A stretch of 32,000 nt of DNA, taken from contig NC_010814.1 in the NCBI RefSeq assembly GCF_000020385.1, positions 210,001 to 242,000 on the forward strand. Reading direction: 5' to 3'. Positions 17,290-26,211 of this stretch are shown here, one piece after another. A model generated the notes under the pieces. That model worked only from the letters and a program-made list of their open reading frames with translations, was not told the DNA's origin and searched no databases. Origin of the DNA: Trichlorobacter lovleyi SZ (GTDB taxonomy: Bacteria; Desulfobacterota; Desulfuromonadia; Geobacterales; Pseudopelobacteraceae). Every line of letters starts with the position of its first letter. The stretch's first letter is position 1. The position numbers and the translations under genes were made by a program.

Positions 17290-17796
17290 ATGTGTCGATT
17301 ACCAGGCATCTGCCTGCTCATGATCAGCCTTGTCAGTTTGCCGATTCAGGCCAAAGCTTTCTGCTTCGAGGAGGCCGGGAGTCAATACGGCATATCGCCA
17401 CAGCTGCTCTGGAGCATTGCCAAGACGGAGAGCAACTTCAACCCCCGTGCGATCAATCGGAACAGTAACGGAACCTACGATTACGGTCTGATGCAGATCA
17501 ATTCAAGTTGGGCCAAGAGACTTGGCAAAACATGGAATGAACTGGGAGAGCCATGCACGAATGTAAAGGTGGGAGCCTGGGTGCTGGCCCAATGTATCCA
17601 GGATTATGGCTACACTTGGCGGGCTGTCGGTTGTTACAACTCGCGCACCCCGTCGAAGGGGGACCGATACGCCGGGAAAGTGTATCGCATCCTCGCTGAG
17701 CATACAAAGCCACAGGCGACGACGCTTATCGCAGCTATCAGCACACCTAGAATCGATTCACCATGGGATGAGGTGTTCGGCAATGCTGTCCGCTGA
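17290..17796 (+). CDS. Lytic transglycosylase (SLT domain), conjugation/T4SS-associated type
   Basis: Start at ATG 17290 (CAGGAGGA Shine-Dalgarno). Signal peptide [21 protein letters not shown]. The catalytic block is [28 protein letters not shown]. Confidence 0.85.
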   Translation: MCRLPGICLLMISLVSLPIQAKAFCFEEAGSQYGISPQLLWSIAKTESNFNPRAINRNSNGTYDYGLMQINSSWAKRLGKTWNELGEPCTNVKVGAWVLAQCIQDYGYTWRAVGCYNSRTPSKGDRYAGKVYRILAEHTKPQATTLIAAISTPRIDSPWDEVFGNAVR

Positions 17797-18493
17797 TCTT
17801 CTCCACAAATACGGATTGCCGGAGGACGAGATTGTCGATGCTGTTGAATGCGCTGTGGCAAAGACACTGACGGCAGCTTTTCAGAGAACGGTTACTGTCC
17901 GGGCAGAGGGTGAACTGGAAATAATTGCCTATCCCAAGTTGGGACACCCGGTCGAAATGCAGTTGAAGGACATTCCCAAGAAGCTCCGCCGGCATATCAT
18001 TCACAGTGTCGAAGCGGAACTGCAAAAACGCCAGATCCTGCTGGAAGCAAAAAAACTGCAGGAACTTCAGGGGAGGGTTTTTTGTGGGGCTGTGGGGCGT
18101 ATCGGTTCCCGAGGGACATTGCACGTAACTCTGGAAATTGATGACTTACTTAAGCCTCTCATCCTGTTCGGAGAATGCCCATTACGTTATCAGCCGCCAC
18201 ATGAACGTTCCCGTTATCGCATAGGTGAGCAGCGCAGCTTCCTGGTGACGAGTGTGCGCCCCGTCATGGTGGGAGGCGACATTGCAAAGGTTCGACTCAT
18301 CCTGAACCGGACATCTCGTGTTTTGCCGGCTCTGCTGCTTCAGGACCTGACCGGTATTGCTGGGATCAAATGCCGACGGCGTATCGCAGGAGGGTTCAGT
18401 GAAGTTGTTACGCCGGTTCGGATACCAAAAAAATCGATTAATACAGTCGGAAAGGAGTTGAGGGAACATGTTCAAGTCCTCATCGCACCGTAG
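17783..18493 (+). CDS. NusA-like paralog (NTD + S1-like + one KH-like domain), truncated architecture
   Basis: By-eye alignment to E. coli Nus[25 protein letters not shown] parallels the NusA N-terminus. [12 protein letters not shown]...[62 protein letters not shown] parallels the S1 region through [51 protein letters not shown] parallels KH1. The start is ATG 17783 or 17768 and overlaps the SLT gene end. Confidence 0.5.
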   Translation: MLSADLLHKYGLPEDEIVDAVECAVAKTLTAAFQRTVTVRAEGELEIIAYPKLGHPVEMQLKDIPKKLRRHIIHSVEAELQKRQILLEAKKLQELQGRVFCGAVGRIGSRGTLHVTLEIDDLLKPLILFGECPLRYQPPHERSRYRIGEQRSFLVTSVRPVMVGGDIAKVRLILNRTSRVLPALLLQDLTGIAGIKCRRRIAGGFSEVVTPVRIPKKSINTVGKELREHVQVLIAP

Positions 18494-19841
18494 CACCACC
18501 AACCCGGAATTCATGACCTCCATCGGTAACGGAGTCCAGATGGAACGACCGACCCGGATCGTTCCGATTTCGATCCCTGATGAATACCGAAAACGGCACA
18601 TGTTCGTATTTGGCACTACCGGGGTCGGCAAAACGCGACTCTGCGAGAACCTAATTGAGCAGGACATCATGAAAGGCAACAGCGTGGTCTACTTCGACCC
18701 CAAAGGTGACCAGCAGATCTTCACCAAGATTTTCGAGGTTGCCCGTAGGGCGGAGAGACTCAAGGATTTGATGCTGGTAACGCCGATTTTCCCGGAATAC
18801 TCAGCGGTCATCGATCCTATGGCCTATTACTTCATGCCGGACGAACTCGTCGGCCATATCGTCTCAGGCATCCAGGGCGGACGTGAACCATTCTACCGCA
18901 ACATTGCAAAGGAAATCACTACTGCCATCATCTCAGCCAACATCATCATCGCCGATTGGGAAAAACGTCTTCCCAAGCAAAATATGGATACTATCAGACA
19001 AAGCATTCGCCGCTCATCATTGAGCAGCACAATGGGGCTACTGCAAGAAATCAAGACACCCGAGGCGCTGCTAAACGCCGGCATGATCCAGGACATCCTT
19101 GAATCTCCCCAGGAGTATTATTCGAAGGTGTCTTCAACATTACGTACCTGCTTGATGGAGCTTTCCTCCGGGAACATCGGCAAGATTATCGGTCAGGCCG
19201 ACAGCAACCGCTTCATCAGCCGACTTGAACGAAAGAAAGGGGTCATCATGGTCGTGCACACCGGCACCATGATTACCAGGGAGGCAGCCACAACACTTGG
19301 CAAAGTCCTCTTGTCGATGATCCAGTCTTTCATCGGCAGGGTCTATCTCTCTGACAAACAGAAAGTATTCCCACCACTGTCCATCTACATAGATGAGGCC
19401 CAGAGCCTGTTCTACCAAGGTATTGAGGACCTTTTCGCCAAGGCTGGATCAGCAGACGTAATGGTGCACGCCTTCGCCCAGTCCGTGAACCAAATATATG
19501 CCGCCATTGGTGAGGAATACGGCAAATCGATCCTCGACAACACCAACACCAAGATCTTCATGCGCTGTTCTGATGCTGAAACATCCGAGTACGTCGTACG
19601 GCATTTCGGCGTGCGCAACGTGCTGACCGGCATTTTCGGGTCCAACCAGGTCACTACCCGTGAAGTGGAACAGGACATTTTGAAAGTGCAGGATATTCTG
19701 GGGCTGCAACCAAGGGAATTCTACATGCTGACCTACTCCGGTAGGTACAAGGGTGTGACTCGTGATGCCAGAGACCCGCAGTTGAAGATAGTCTTCCCGT
19801 CGGCGCCATCTTCCATAACCATGAGCAGAGGGGCCGCATGA
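18468..19841 (+). CDS. TraD/VirD4-type coupling-protein-like ATPase lacking transmembrane segments
   Basis: Walker A is FVFGTTGVGKT and Walker B is LSIYIDEAQ. The T4CP-like C-terminal block reads KIFMRCSDAETSEYVVRHFG. No hydrophobic N-terminal helices are present. Confidence 0.6.
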   Translation: MFKSSSHRSTTNPEFMTSIGNGVQMERPTRIVPISIPDEYRKRHMFVFGTTGVGKTRLCENLIEQDIMKGNSVVYFDPKGDQQIFTKIFEVARRAERLKDLMLVTPIFPEYSAVIDPMAYYFMPDELVGHIVSGIQGGREPFYRNIAKEITTAIISANIIIADWEKRLPKQNMDTIRQSIRRSSLSSTMGLLQEIKTPEALLNAGMIQDILESPQEYYSKVSSTLRTCLMELSSGNIGKIIGQADSNRFISRLERKKGVIMVVHTGTMITREAATTLGKVLLSMIQSFIGRVYLSDKQKVFPPLSIYIDEAQSLFYQGIEDLFAKAGSADVMVHAFAQSVNQIYAAIGEEYGKSILDNTNTKIFMRCSDAETSEYVVRHFGVRNVLTGIFGSNQVTTREVEQDILKVQDILGLQPREFYMLTYSGRYKGVTRDARDPQLKIVFPSAPSSITMSRGAA

Positions 19842-21304
19842 TAATCCTGCTCTACTTCTGTGGCGTTATCGGTTTCCTGATGGTCACTTACAACCTGTGG
19901 CGAATTTTAACCAGGCGTCCGGCTGAAGTAGAGCAAGAACCGTGGGTTCCACTGTCAATTTCGGAACTGGAACCGGATGATGACCTGCCATGCACTGATC
20001 TCGCCACGGTATCTTCAGTATGGACAGGCCGTGTTGTTCACTTCACTGATCTGTCTCGGCTCTGGCGTGAACCCACTCCTAAACAGGAAGAGGAAGCCGC
20101 ATTTCCAAGACCGACATTCCGGCATTCGGAGATTGAAGAGTTCTACAGGGACATTGTGGAACCGGAACCGCTTATCAATGGGAAGCGTAAGACTGTGATC
20201 GTCTATCTGCTTAAGATCCTCGACGCGGAAGGTACATGCCCCTCGGTTGTCGGAATCAAGAAATATGCAGCTGTCGGCAAGCAGATATCTGATCCGGATT
20301 CGGCGTACGGAGCAGCAGCTCTTGCCCAACTGGCTACCATACCGCTCTATCGGCATTCCCTGGGGGTTGCCCGCAAGTTCGTAGAAAAGAACTCTGAAAG
20401 AATCATGCTGCCTACGATCCTCATCGTGTCACTGGCGCATGACATCGGGAAAATTCCCTCTTTCCACAGCCAGTATTATTCGACTGCAGATCATCCGCAA
20501 ATAGCGCTCATCATACTTGCGAGCATTCCGGAATACGTTGCGTTGTCGAACAGGGATGAACTCGACAGCATCATCCGCAACCATCACCAGATAACGCCGA
20601 ACAATCCTCTCACGGCCTGTTTGAAACGGTGTGACCAGGAGTCTCGTAATGATGAGATGGGGTCTTTTCTTGGGCAAATGGCGCAGGTGAGGGCTTCCGA
20701 AGAAAGTTCGCTGCCAATAGCTGAGTCACTGCCACAACCTGATGTACCTGTCACTAAAGAAAAAATTTCGCAGGAATGGGATCACCCGCTCGGATCTCCA
20801 GAATCGGGAAAGTACGTTCCCCAGAAGATAAAGCTTCCTGCATGGTTCAATGCCGATACGATCCTTGGTGGCATCCACGGATTGATCAACCAGGTGGAGA
20901 AAACTTCGTCCGGAGTCAAGTGGCTGGCTGTTTCACTGCCGAACGGGTTGGTCTATGTGAAGCCAGAAGCACTTTGGCAGGTGATCCATCAAGTTAGCGA
21001 TGGCGATCCCATGATCTTGGTGGCTGATGCTGATGAAGAAACCAAACGTAATCTTCTCCATACTGTCGTCTGGGAACTGAGTGCCTCCAGAGATGCCATT
21101 GCCACGGAACTCATGACCAATGCTTACTACACAACGAATGCATCCATCGTGACGAATAACGATAAGTCATTCAACAAACTCCTGATCCCGTTCCGGGTCG
21201 ATGCCTTTGGTGTGCTCACCTCTGAACTGGAAAGCACCAAACCTCCGGTCTTGAGAAAAATAGTCAAGGACATCAGGCCGAAGCATGCGGAGGACAAAGA
21301 ATGA
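19838..21304 (+). CDS. Membrane-anchored HD-domain protein; possible MobH-type (TraI-like) relaxase
   Basis: N-terminal TM helix IILLYFCGVIGFLMVTYNLW. HD motifs are YRHSLGVARKF, LAHDIGKIP, ADHPQIA, RNHH and CDQESR. The C-terminal region (WLAVSLPNGLVYVKPEALWQV) is reminiscent of the C-terminal domain of HD-type conjugative relaxases. The position after a T4CP-like gene fits that reading. Confidence 0.45.
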   Translation: MIILLYFCGVIGFLMVTYNLWRILTRRPAEVEQEPWVPLSISELEPDDDLPCTDLATVSSVWTGRVVHFTDLSRLWREPTPKQEEEAAFPRPTFRHSEIEEFYRDIVEPEPLINGKRKTVIVYLLKILDAEGTCPSVVGIKKYAAVGKQISDPDSAYGAAALAQLATIPLYRHSLGVARKFVEKNSERIMLPTILIVSLAHDIGKIPSFHSQYYSTADHPQIALIILASIPEYVALSNRDELDSIIRNHHQITPNNPLTACLKRCDQESRNDEMGSFLGQMAQVRASEESSLPIAESLPQPDVPVTKEKISQEWDHPLGSPESGKYVPQKIKLPAWFNADTILGGIHGLINQVEKTSSGVKWLAVSLPNGLVYVKPEALWQVIHQVSDGDPMILVADADEETKRNLLHTVVWELSASRDAIATELMTNAYYTTNASIVTNNDKSFNKLLIPFRVDAFGVLTSELESTKPPVLRKIVKDIRPKHAEDKE

Positions 21305-22137
21305 GGAGACTGATACTGGCCTCTATTCTCCAACTCTCCGTGACCACCGCTTCTGCCGGCTATTATGCCGACTCGGCCAAGGGCTGGTGGTGGTACCAGA
21401 AAGAACCTGAGAAGCAGGCCGAAAAGCAGGAAAAGAAGAAGAAACCGCCCAAGAGCACGCCATCGCTCAAGGATTATTCTTATGAGCAGGTTTGGGAGAT
21501 GCATCCCGACCAGTTCCAGGAGTTTGCCGAAGTATTGAAAAAGAAGGCTGTCCAGAAGCCGAGTGAAGAGAATGTGAAGGAGTACTTCGAGGTCCAGGAG
21601 ATTGCCCGCAAGAAGGCGCTGGCTTTTTCCAACGTGGCTCAGTTTGTCTGGCAGAAGTACCCGGAGCTGACCACCAAGAAGGACTATCCGATCACGACTC
21701 CCGGCAACCTGGCGAGGATCTCCCAGATCAATGAGGAGCGGCAGCGCATTCTGCGGGACAACCGGGATGACTTTGCCCTGATTTATTTCCAGAGACCTGA
21801 CTGCAGCTACTGCGATGAGCAATCCCGCATCCTTGACTGGTTCACCAACGAGACCGGCTGGACCGTGAAGAAGGTCAACATCAGTGAGAACCCGGGACTC
21901 GCCGCCAAATTCAGCGTGGAGATCACGCCGACCCTGATCCTGATCCAGAAAGGGAACCAGGATTATCTACCGGTCTCGGCAGGCGTCATTTCCGCCGACG
22001 AGATCGAAGACAAGGCATACCGGGCCGTGCGCCTCCTCAAGGGTGACATCTCCCCGGAGGAATATTCGCTCTACGAATTCCAGAAGGGAGGCAGTTTCGA
22101 CGTGAAGAAACGCCGTCTTCAGGAGGAGCGGCCATGA
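21301..22137 (+). CDS. traF: F-type conjugal transfer protein TraF-like, thioredoxin fold with intact CxxC
   Basis: A signal peptide is present. The motifs GWWWYQKEP and ALIYFQRPDCSYCDEQSRIL...ITPTLILIQ parallel F-plasmid TraF and the TrbB-like disulfide isomerases. Confidence 0.8.
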   Translation: MRRLILASILQLSVTTASAGYYADSAKGWWWYQKEPEKQAEKQEKKKKPPKSTPSLKDYSYEQVWEMHPDQFQEFAEVLKKKAVQKPSEENVKEYFEVQEIARKKALAFSNVAQFVWQKYPELTTKKDYPITTPGNLARISQINEERQRILRDNRDDFALIYFQRPDCSYCDEQSRILDWFTNETGWTVKKVNISENPGLAAKFSVEITPTLILIQKGNQDYLPVSAGVISADEIEDKAYRAVRLLKGDISPEEYSLYEFQKGGSFDVKKRRLQEERP

Positions 22138-23660
22138 GTCTGCCGGTACCACTGCAACAGAAAAGAGGTGTCAGTGTGAAACGAACTGTTATTACCAGAA
22201 CCGCCGCTGCCTGCCTGGCGGCAACAATTGCCTTGAACCCTGTTCTTTCCTGGTCCGGCTGGGTCGATGACTGGGTGCAGCAAAAAAGCTCCACTTCTCC
22301 CAGCTATTATGAAGGATCAAAGCGTGGCTACTACACTGGCGGCAGTTTCTCTGCCAGATGGGCGAACACCGATGACCATCTGTTTACTGCCTCGCTGCCC
22401 AAACTGAAGTCCGGCTGCGGTGGGATCGACATGTTTCTCGGCGGCTTCTCGTTTCTGAATGTGGATTACCTGGTGCAGAAGCTCCAGAACATCCTGTCGG
22501 CAGCTCCGGCCGCAGCCTTTGATATTGCCCTGAAAACCCTGGCACCCCAGGTTGCCGATACCATCAAGAGTCTTGAAGCAATCACCGACCGGTTGAACTC
22601 GCTACAGATGAATGACTGCAAGGCGGCCAAGGCTCTAGTGGCTACTGCTGCCAGTCCGTTTTCATCAGTCATGTCCGACAGCCTGAAGGCAGAGATGAAA
22701 ACAGCCCAGACCGACTTCATGGTATCAAGCGGCGCCAAGGATCTTTATCAGGATGTCAGCAAGCTGTTCGAGAGCGAACAGAAGACCAATGCTGGTAACA
22801 AGCCTGGCGTTCCCGGAACGACCCAGACCTCAGCCACCAGTGCTACCGCCGGTTGCCCGACCGAAGTCCTGCAGGTATTCGGGGACGGGTCGGTCCTGGA
22901 AAACCTGGCCGGCAAGAAAGGAATGAGCAGCGAGTACGTCAAACTGGTGCGCGGCTTCATCGGCGATGTGATCATCCAGAACCCGGCGACGACCGGTACC
23001 ACCTACCAGGCCCAATACATTCCTCCGTGCGACAAGAACAACAGCTTCGATTCCTTTATCAGCGGTTCCGCCCAGGGACGGGATACCGCCGGGGCCTGTG
23101 CCGATATTACCGATGCCAACAAGAACCTGATGGTCTATGTGGCCGGCAAGATGCAGTCCATCGCTACCAAGATCAAATCGAAGACCGCCCTTACCGCCGA
23201 CGAGGAGGCGTTCCTCAAGAGTACGCCGCTGTCGGTCGGGCTGATCCTCAAGAATGCCACTGCCACCAATACCGAGGGTGAGGTCATCGGCAAACTGGCA
23301 GAACTGACCGCCCGGGCCTACGGCTACTACATGCTGCTCGACCTGTTTGGGCGTGCAGTCCAGTTGCAGGAGATGGCCCGCAACATCATGTCTACCCAGA
23401 AGGGTAATAAAGCCGGGGCTTCGCCGGAGACCTGCCAGTTGGCGCTCCTCGGCGAAGGTATGCAGCATATCCAGACGCTTGAGGAAAAGACGCTGCAACT
23501 TCTGAGCGTTGCCCAGCAGAGTTACGCCAATGCAGCTTCTGAGATCAATGCGGTGGAAATGATCGTCCAGAATATGAAGAAATTCGACGACACAGTGTTT
23601 TCGGAATTATCAGACCGGTTCGGCAAAGGAATCGCCATGAGGGCTACCGGCAGAATCTAA
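22134..23660 (+). CDS. traH: F-type conjugal transfer protein TraH-like
   Basis: SPSYYEGSKRGYYTGGSFSARW...LPKLKSGCGGIDMFLGGFSFLN...AFDIALKTLAPQV parallels F TraH (YYSGGS..., SAGCGGIDAFAGSFSHIN). A signal or TM segment lies at the N-terminus. Confidence 0.8.
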   Translation: MSLPVPLQQKRGVSVKRTVITRTAAACLAATIALNPVLSWSGWVDDWVQQKSSTSPSYYEGSKRGYYTGGSFSARWANTDDHLFTASLPKLKSGCGGIDMFLGGFSFLNVDYLVQKLQNILSAAPAAAFDIALKTLAPQVADTIKSLEAITDRLNSLQMNDCKAAKALVATAASPFSSVMSDSLKAEMKTAQTDFMVSSGAKDLYQDVSKLFESEQKTNAGNKPGVPGTTQTSATSATAGCPTEVLQVFGDGSVLENLAGKKGMSSEYVKLVRGFIGDVIIQNPATTGTTYQAQYIPPCDKNNSFDSFISGSAQGRDTAGACADITDANKNLMVYVAGKMQSIATKIKSKTALTADEEAFLKSTPLSVGLILKNATATNTEGEVIGKLAELTARAYGYYMLLDLFGRAVQLQEMARNIMSTQKGNKAGASPETCQLALLGEGMQHIQTLEEKTLQLLSVAQQSYANAASEINAVEMIVQNMKKFDDTVFSELSDRFGKGIAMRATGRI

Positions 23661-23681
23661 CAACAATGAAAGGGAGGAATT

Positions 23682-24083
23682 ATGGCAGACAAGACTAACA
23701 AGGCGGATAAGGGTAACAGCACCCCTCCTGCTTCCAAGAAAGTCGACTGGCAGGCTAGAAAGCTGGAGAATGCGAAACGGGACGATACAAGTGTTGTTTT
23801 CTGTCGCGCTCGTGATACCGGCGACTTCATCAACATTCTCAACTCAAACGATAATCTCGTCTACCAGATGCGGATGAACATGGGGAGGAGGGAGTCCCTG
23901 ACATTTGAGGTAGTGAAGAGCTACATCGACCGGAGCCGGCGAATTAAGGAAGAACTAAATCTCATGAATGCCGAAATGTGCCAGTTGCTCGACTACACGT
24001 ACAAGCCGCCACGGGGATTCGATAACCCTCTCAAAAAGCAGGATAAGCAGGCAGTCCCTGGGGTAGAAACCGGCAAGAAATGA
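23682..24083 (+). CDS. Hypothetical 133-aa basic protein
   Basis: ORF with a GGGAGGA Shine-Dalgarno. No family was recognised. It is the last cistron before the non-coding region. Confidence 0.55.
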   Translation: MADKTNKADKGNSTPPASKKVDWQARKLENAKRDDTSVVFCRARDTGDFINILNSNDNLVYQMRMNMGRRESLTFEVVKSYIDRSRRIKEELNLMNAEMCQLLDYTYKPPRGFDNPLKKQDKQAVPGVETGKK

Positions 24084-24141
24084 TTACTCTGTTTCAGTCG
24101 AACCGGGACGATGCCAAATGGGTCGTCCCGGGTGAATCCTC

Positions 24142-24470
24142 TTGACTTGTAAGAGGAATATCGATAGCGTTTCAGTATTATAGACTCTTTCAAGAGACTC
24201 CGTGCGGCCTTTGAGCCCCGGATAGACTTTTTCGGATAGCCCGAAGAAGAAATGCCCCCGGCAGGGATGAACTACCTGGAAAGACAAGGCCGCAGTTGCC
24301 CCTTTCCGGATGACACCAGGAACGGCTTATGCCTTCCTCGATCAGTCGTATGGGTAATGCGACTTGAATCCAATCTGAAGGTGCGCCCATCAATGTAGCG
24401 CGTGCCTCTGATAACCAATAATCACGAAGAACAGTGACCTATTCTGGCAATGGCCGGAGTGGGTTTTTTG
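24142..24470 (+). ncRNA. Candidate structured non-coding transcript (alternatively oriT or a single-strand promoter region)
   Basis: TTGACT (24142-47), a 17-nt spacer, then TAGCGT (24165-70). At least five local hairpins follow. Examples: CTTTTTCGG/CCGAAGAAG at 24227-24249; GGAAAG/CTTTCC at about 24277-24307; AGGAA(C)GGC/GCCTTCCT at about 24318-24339. A terminal hairpin TCTGGC-aatg-GCCGGA (24443-58) is followed by TTTTTT (24464-69). No convincing ORF lies on either strand. Confidence 0.3.
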
Positions 24471-24528
24471 TTGTTCAAAATCCGCGACAAGCTTTGTAAG
24501 CGGCGGATACTTTCACCACATCCCGACC

Positions 24529-24601
24529 GGGAGACATTTTGTTCTCTCCCTACGGGACAGACATCTGTCTCTTTGCTTCGGGAAAACCACAAGGAGGCAG
24601 T
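24529..24601 (+). promoter_or_regulatory. Two-hairpin leader module A (upstream of ssb)
   Basis: GGGAGA-N10-TCTCCC at 24529-24550. Palindrome GACAGA-ca-TCTGTC at 24556-24569. Proximal stem CTCTTTG/CAAGGAG (24569-75 with 24590-96) pairs the Shine-Dalgarno. Confidence 0.45.
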
Positions 24602-25021
24602 ATGGCAAGTTTGAACCGCGTAGAACTCATCGGCAACCTGGGTCGTGATCCTGAAATCAGGTACACACCAGGAGGCACCGCTGTCGCAAGTTTTTCACTC
24701 GCGACCAGTGAAAAGGTAAAAACCAAAAGTGGCGAATGGGAGGTCCGGACCGAGTGGCACAACATCGTCCTATACGCACGTCTCGCAGAAGTAGCTGGCG
24801 AGTATCTGTCGAAAGGAAAAAGTGTTTATCTCGACGGCAAACTCAAGACCCGCAAATGGCAAGATCGGGACGGTAAAGATCGCTACACAACCGAAATCAT
24901 CGGCGACAAGCTTCTTATGCTGGGTAGTAAAAATGGCAGCATTCCTGACGGGAGTGACGATCAGCCATCAAATAGCCAGGCACATGAGGACATTCCGCAC
25001 GATGACACCGATCCGTTCTAA
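24602..25021 (+). CDS. ssb: Single-stranded DNA-binding protein
   Basis: [37 protein letters not shown]...[48 protein letters not shown] is the OB fold. The acidic tip is DDTDPF. Start at ATG 24602 with an AAGGAGG Shine-Dalgarno. Confidence 0.92.
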   Translation: MASLNRVELIGNLGRDPEIRYTPGGTAVASFSLATSEKVKTKSGEWEVRTEWHNIVLYARLAEVAGEYLSKGKSVYLDGKLKTRKWQDRDGKDRYTTEIIGDKLLMLGSKNGSIPDGSDDQPSNSQAHEDIPHDDTDPF

Positions 25022-25051
25022 CAACCAGTAACCACAACTCAACAGTCCTAC

Positions 25052-25131
25052 GGGGAAACATTACCAAGTCCCCAAAGGGATTGGTCTGTCTTCTCTGTCG
25101 GACACAACCCACAGAAAAGGAGACAGACAGA
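25052..25131 (+). promoter_or_regulatory. Two-hairpin leader module B
   Basis: GGGGA-N12-TCCCC at 25052-25073. Proximal stem TCTGTCT+TCTC (25085-95) pairs with GAGA-c-AGACAGA (25120-31). It covers AAGGAG and the first base of the ATG. Confidence 0.5.
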
Positions 25132-26087
25132 TGAACGCACCAGCTCAAATCATTCCCATCAACCCCGCAGCATCATCCCTCACTCACCACGCTGTCAACA
25201 TCAGTGAACTGAAGGCCCAGGTAAACCTGATTCAATACGTCATGCGTGACGTCATGAAATCAGGCGAGCACTACGGCACCATTCCCGGTTGCGGAGACAA
25301 AGCAGTTCTTCTCAAACCGGGCGCCGAAAAGCTCATGCTCACCTTCAGACTGGCAAACGACGTGGATGTGGAAACCATCGACCTGCATCTCGGCCATCGG
25401 GAGTATCGCATCAAGGTGACGCTCTACTCACCGGCAGGCCAGCGTCTCGGTACAGGTGTCGGTTCATGTTCGACCATGGAAAGCAAGTATCGTTTCCGTG
25501 TCGGGCCAGTTGAACTGACGAATAAGCCGGTACCGAGGGAGTACTGGGATCTTCGCAAGGAGAACCCGGCATTGGCTCAGGAGATCATTGGTGGACGCGG
25601 CTTCAGCGCAAAAAAGGATGACAGCTGCAACTGGAAAATCGCTCGCCAGGGAGAAAAGGTCGAGCACGATAATCCGGCAGATTTTTATAACACGTGTCTC
25701 AAGATGGCCAAGAAGCGGGGATTAGTGGATGCAGTACTCACCTCAACCGCCGCCTCGGACATCTTCACCCAAGACATCGAGGAAGATCCTGACCTTTATG
25801 GACAGACGGAACACAACGGGGGAAACAGTGCCGGCACTACCAGCACTACCTCCGGGACTTCGCAGGGTCACAAACCGGACAGCACCCCATCATCCCACGG
25901 AGCCGGACCAGTTTCGACTTCCGAGATCATCGGGTATCTGACGGCTAAGGGAATCAGAATGGAACTCTCCGCAGATGAATCGGAGATCTCCGCCTTCCCG
26001 GACTTCAACGACACCTCAGCCCGCCAATGGCTGAAAGATCACGGTTTCAAATGGGACGGCAAGGGCAAATGCTGGCAGTACCGGTAG
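25131..26087 (+). CDS. Hypothetical 318-aa protein; possible single-strand annealing (Rad52/ERF-like) protein with Ser/Thr-rich linker and C-terminal GFKW mini-domain
   Basis: Coding status is clear. The function is weakly supported by synteny, since the gene lies between ssb and a Cas4-like nuclease. A KMAKKRGLVDAVLTSTAASDIFTQDIEED segment resembles the conserved C-terminal helix of annealases. The C-terminus reads WLKDHGFKWDGKGKCWQYR. Confidence 0.35.
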   Translation: MNAPAQIIPINPAASSLTHHAVNISELKAQVNLIQYVMRDVMKSGEHYGTIPGCGDKAVLLKPGAEKLMLTFRLANDVDVETIDLHLGHREYRIKVTLYSPAGQRLGTGVGSCSTMESKYRFRVGPVELTNKPVPREYWDLRKENPALAQEIIGGRGFSAKKDDSCNWKIARQGEKVEHDNPADFYNTCLKMAKKRGLVDAVLTSTAASDIFTQDIEEDPDLYGQTEHNGGNSAGTTSTTSGTSQGHKPDSTPSSHGAGPVSTSEIIGYLTAKGIRMELSADESEISAFPDFNDTSARQWLKDHGFKWDGKGKCWQYR

Positions 26088-26132
26088 CACCTGACGTTAC
26101 AGACTGAACCTCACTCACAACCAACCTCAGCA

Positions 26133-26211
26133 GGGAGACAACGACTTTCTCCCTACCGGGGGTGTCTTGTCTCCTCTGCCGGGTACAACCCACAGATAAG
26201 GAGACAAGATC
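26133..26211 (+). promoter_or_regulatory. Two-hairpin leader module C
   Basis: GGGAGA-N9-TCTCCC at 26133-26153. A perfect 11-bp stem TCTTGTCTCCT (26165-75) / AGGAGACAAGA (26199-209) sequesters the Shine-Dalgarno. The loop shares ACAACCCACAGA with module B. Confidence 0.55.

Noticed and set aside
21127-23498. Long antisense ORFs 21127-21822 (231 aa) and 22830-23498 (222 aa).
   Set aside because: They lie opposite the well-supported traF and traH genes. They have no recognisable motifs or ribosome-binding sites and show a composition typical of antisense frames.
23993-24393. Three minus-strand ORFs (61-67 aa) in the region between the 133-aa gene and ssb.
   Set aside because: They sit in three different frames with no Shine-Dalgarno. 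The region is dominated by hairpins and a promoter/terminator-like layout on the plus strand.
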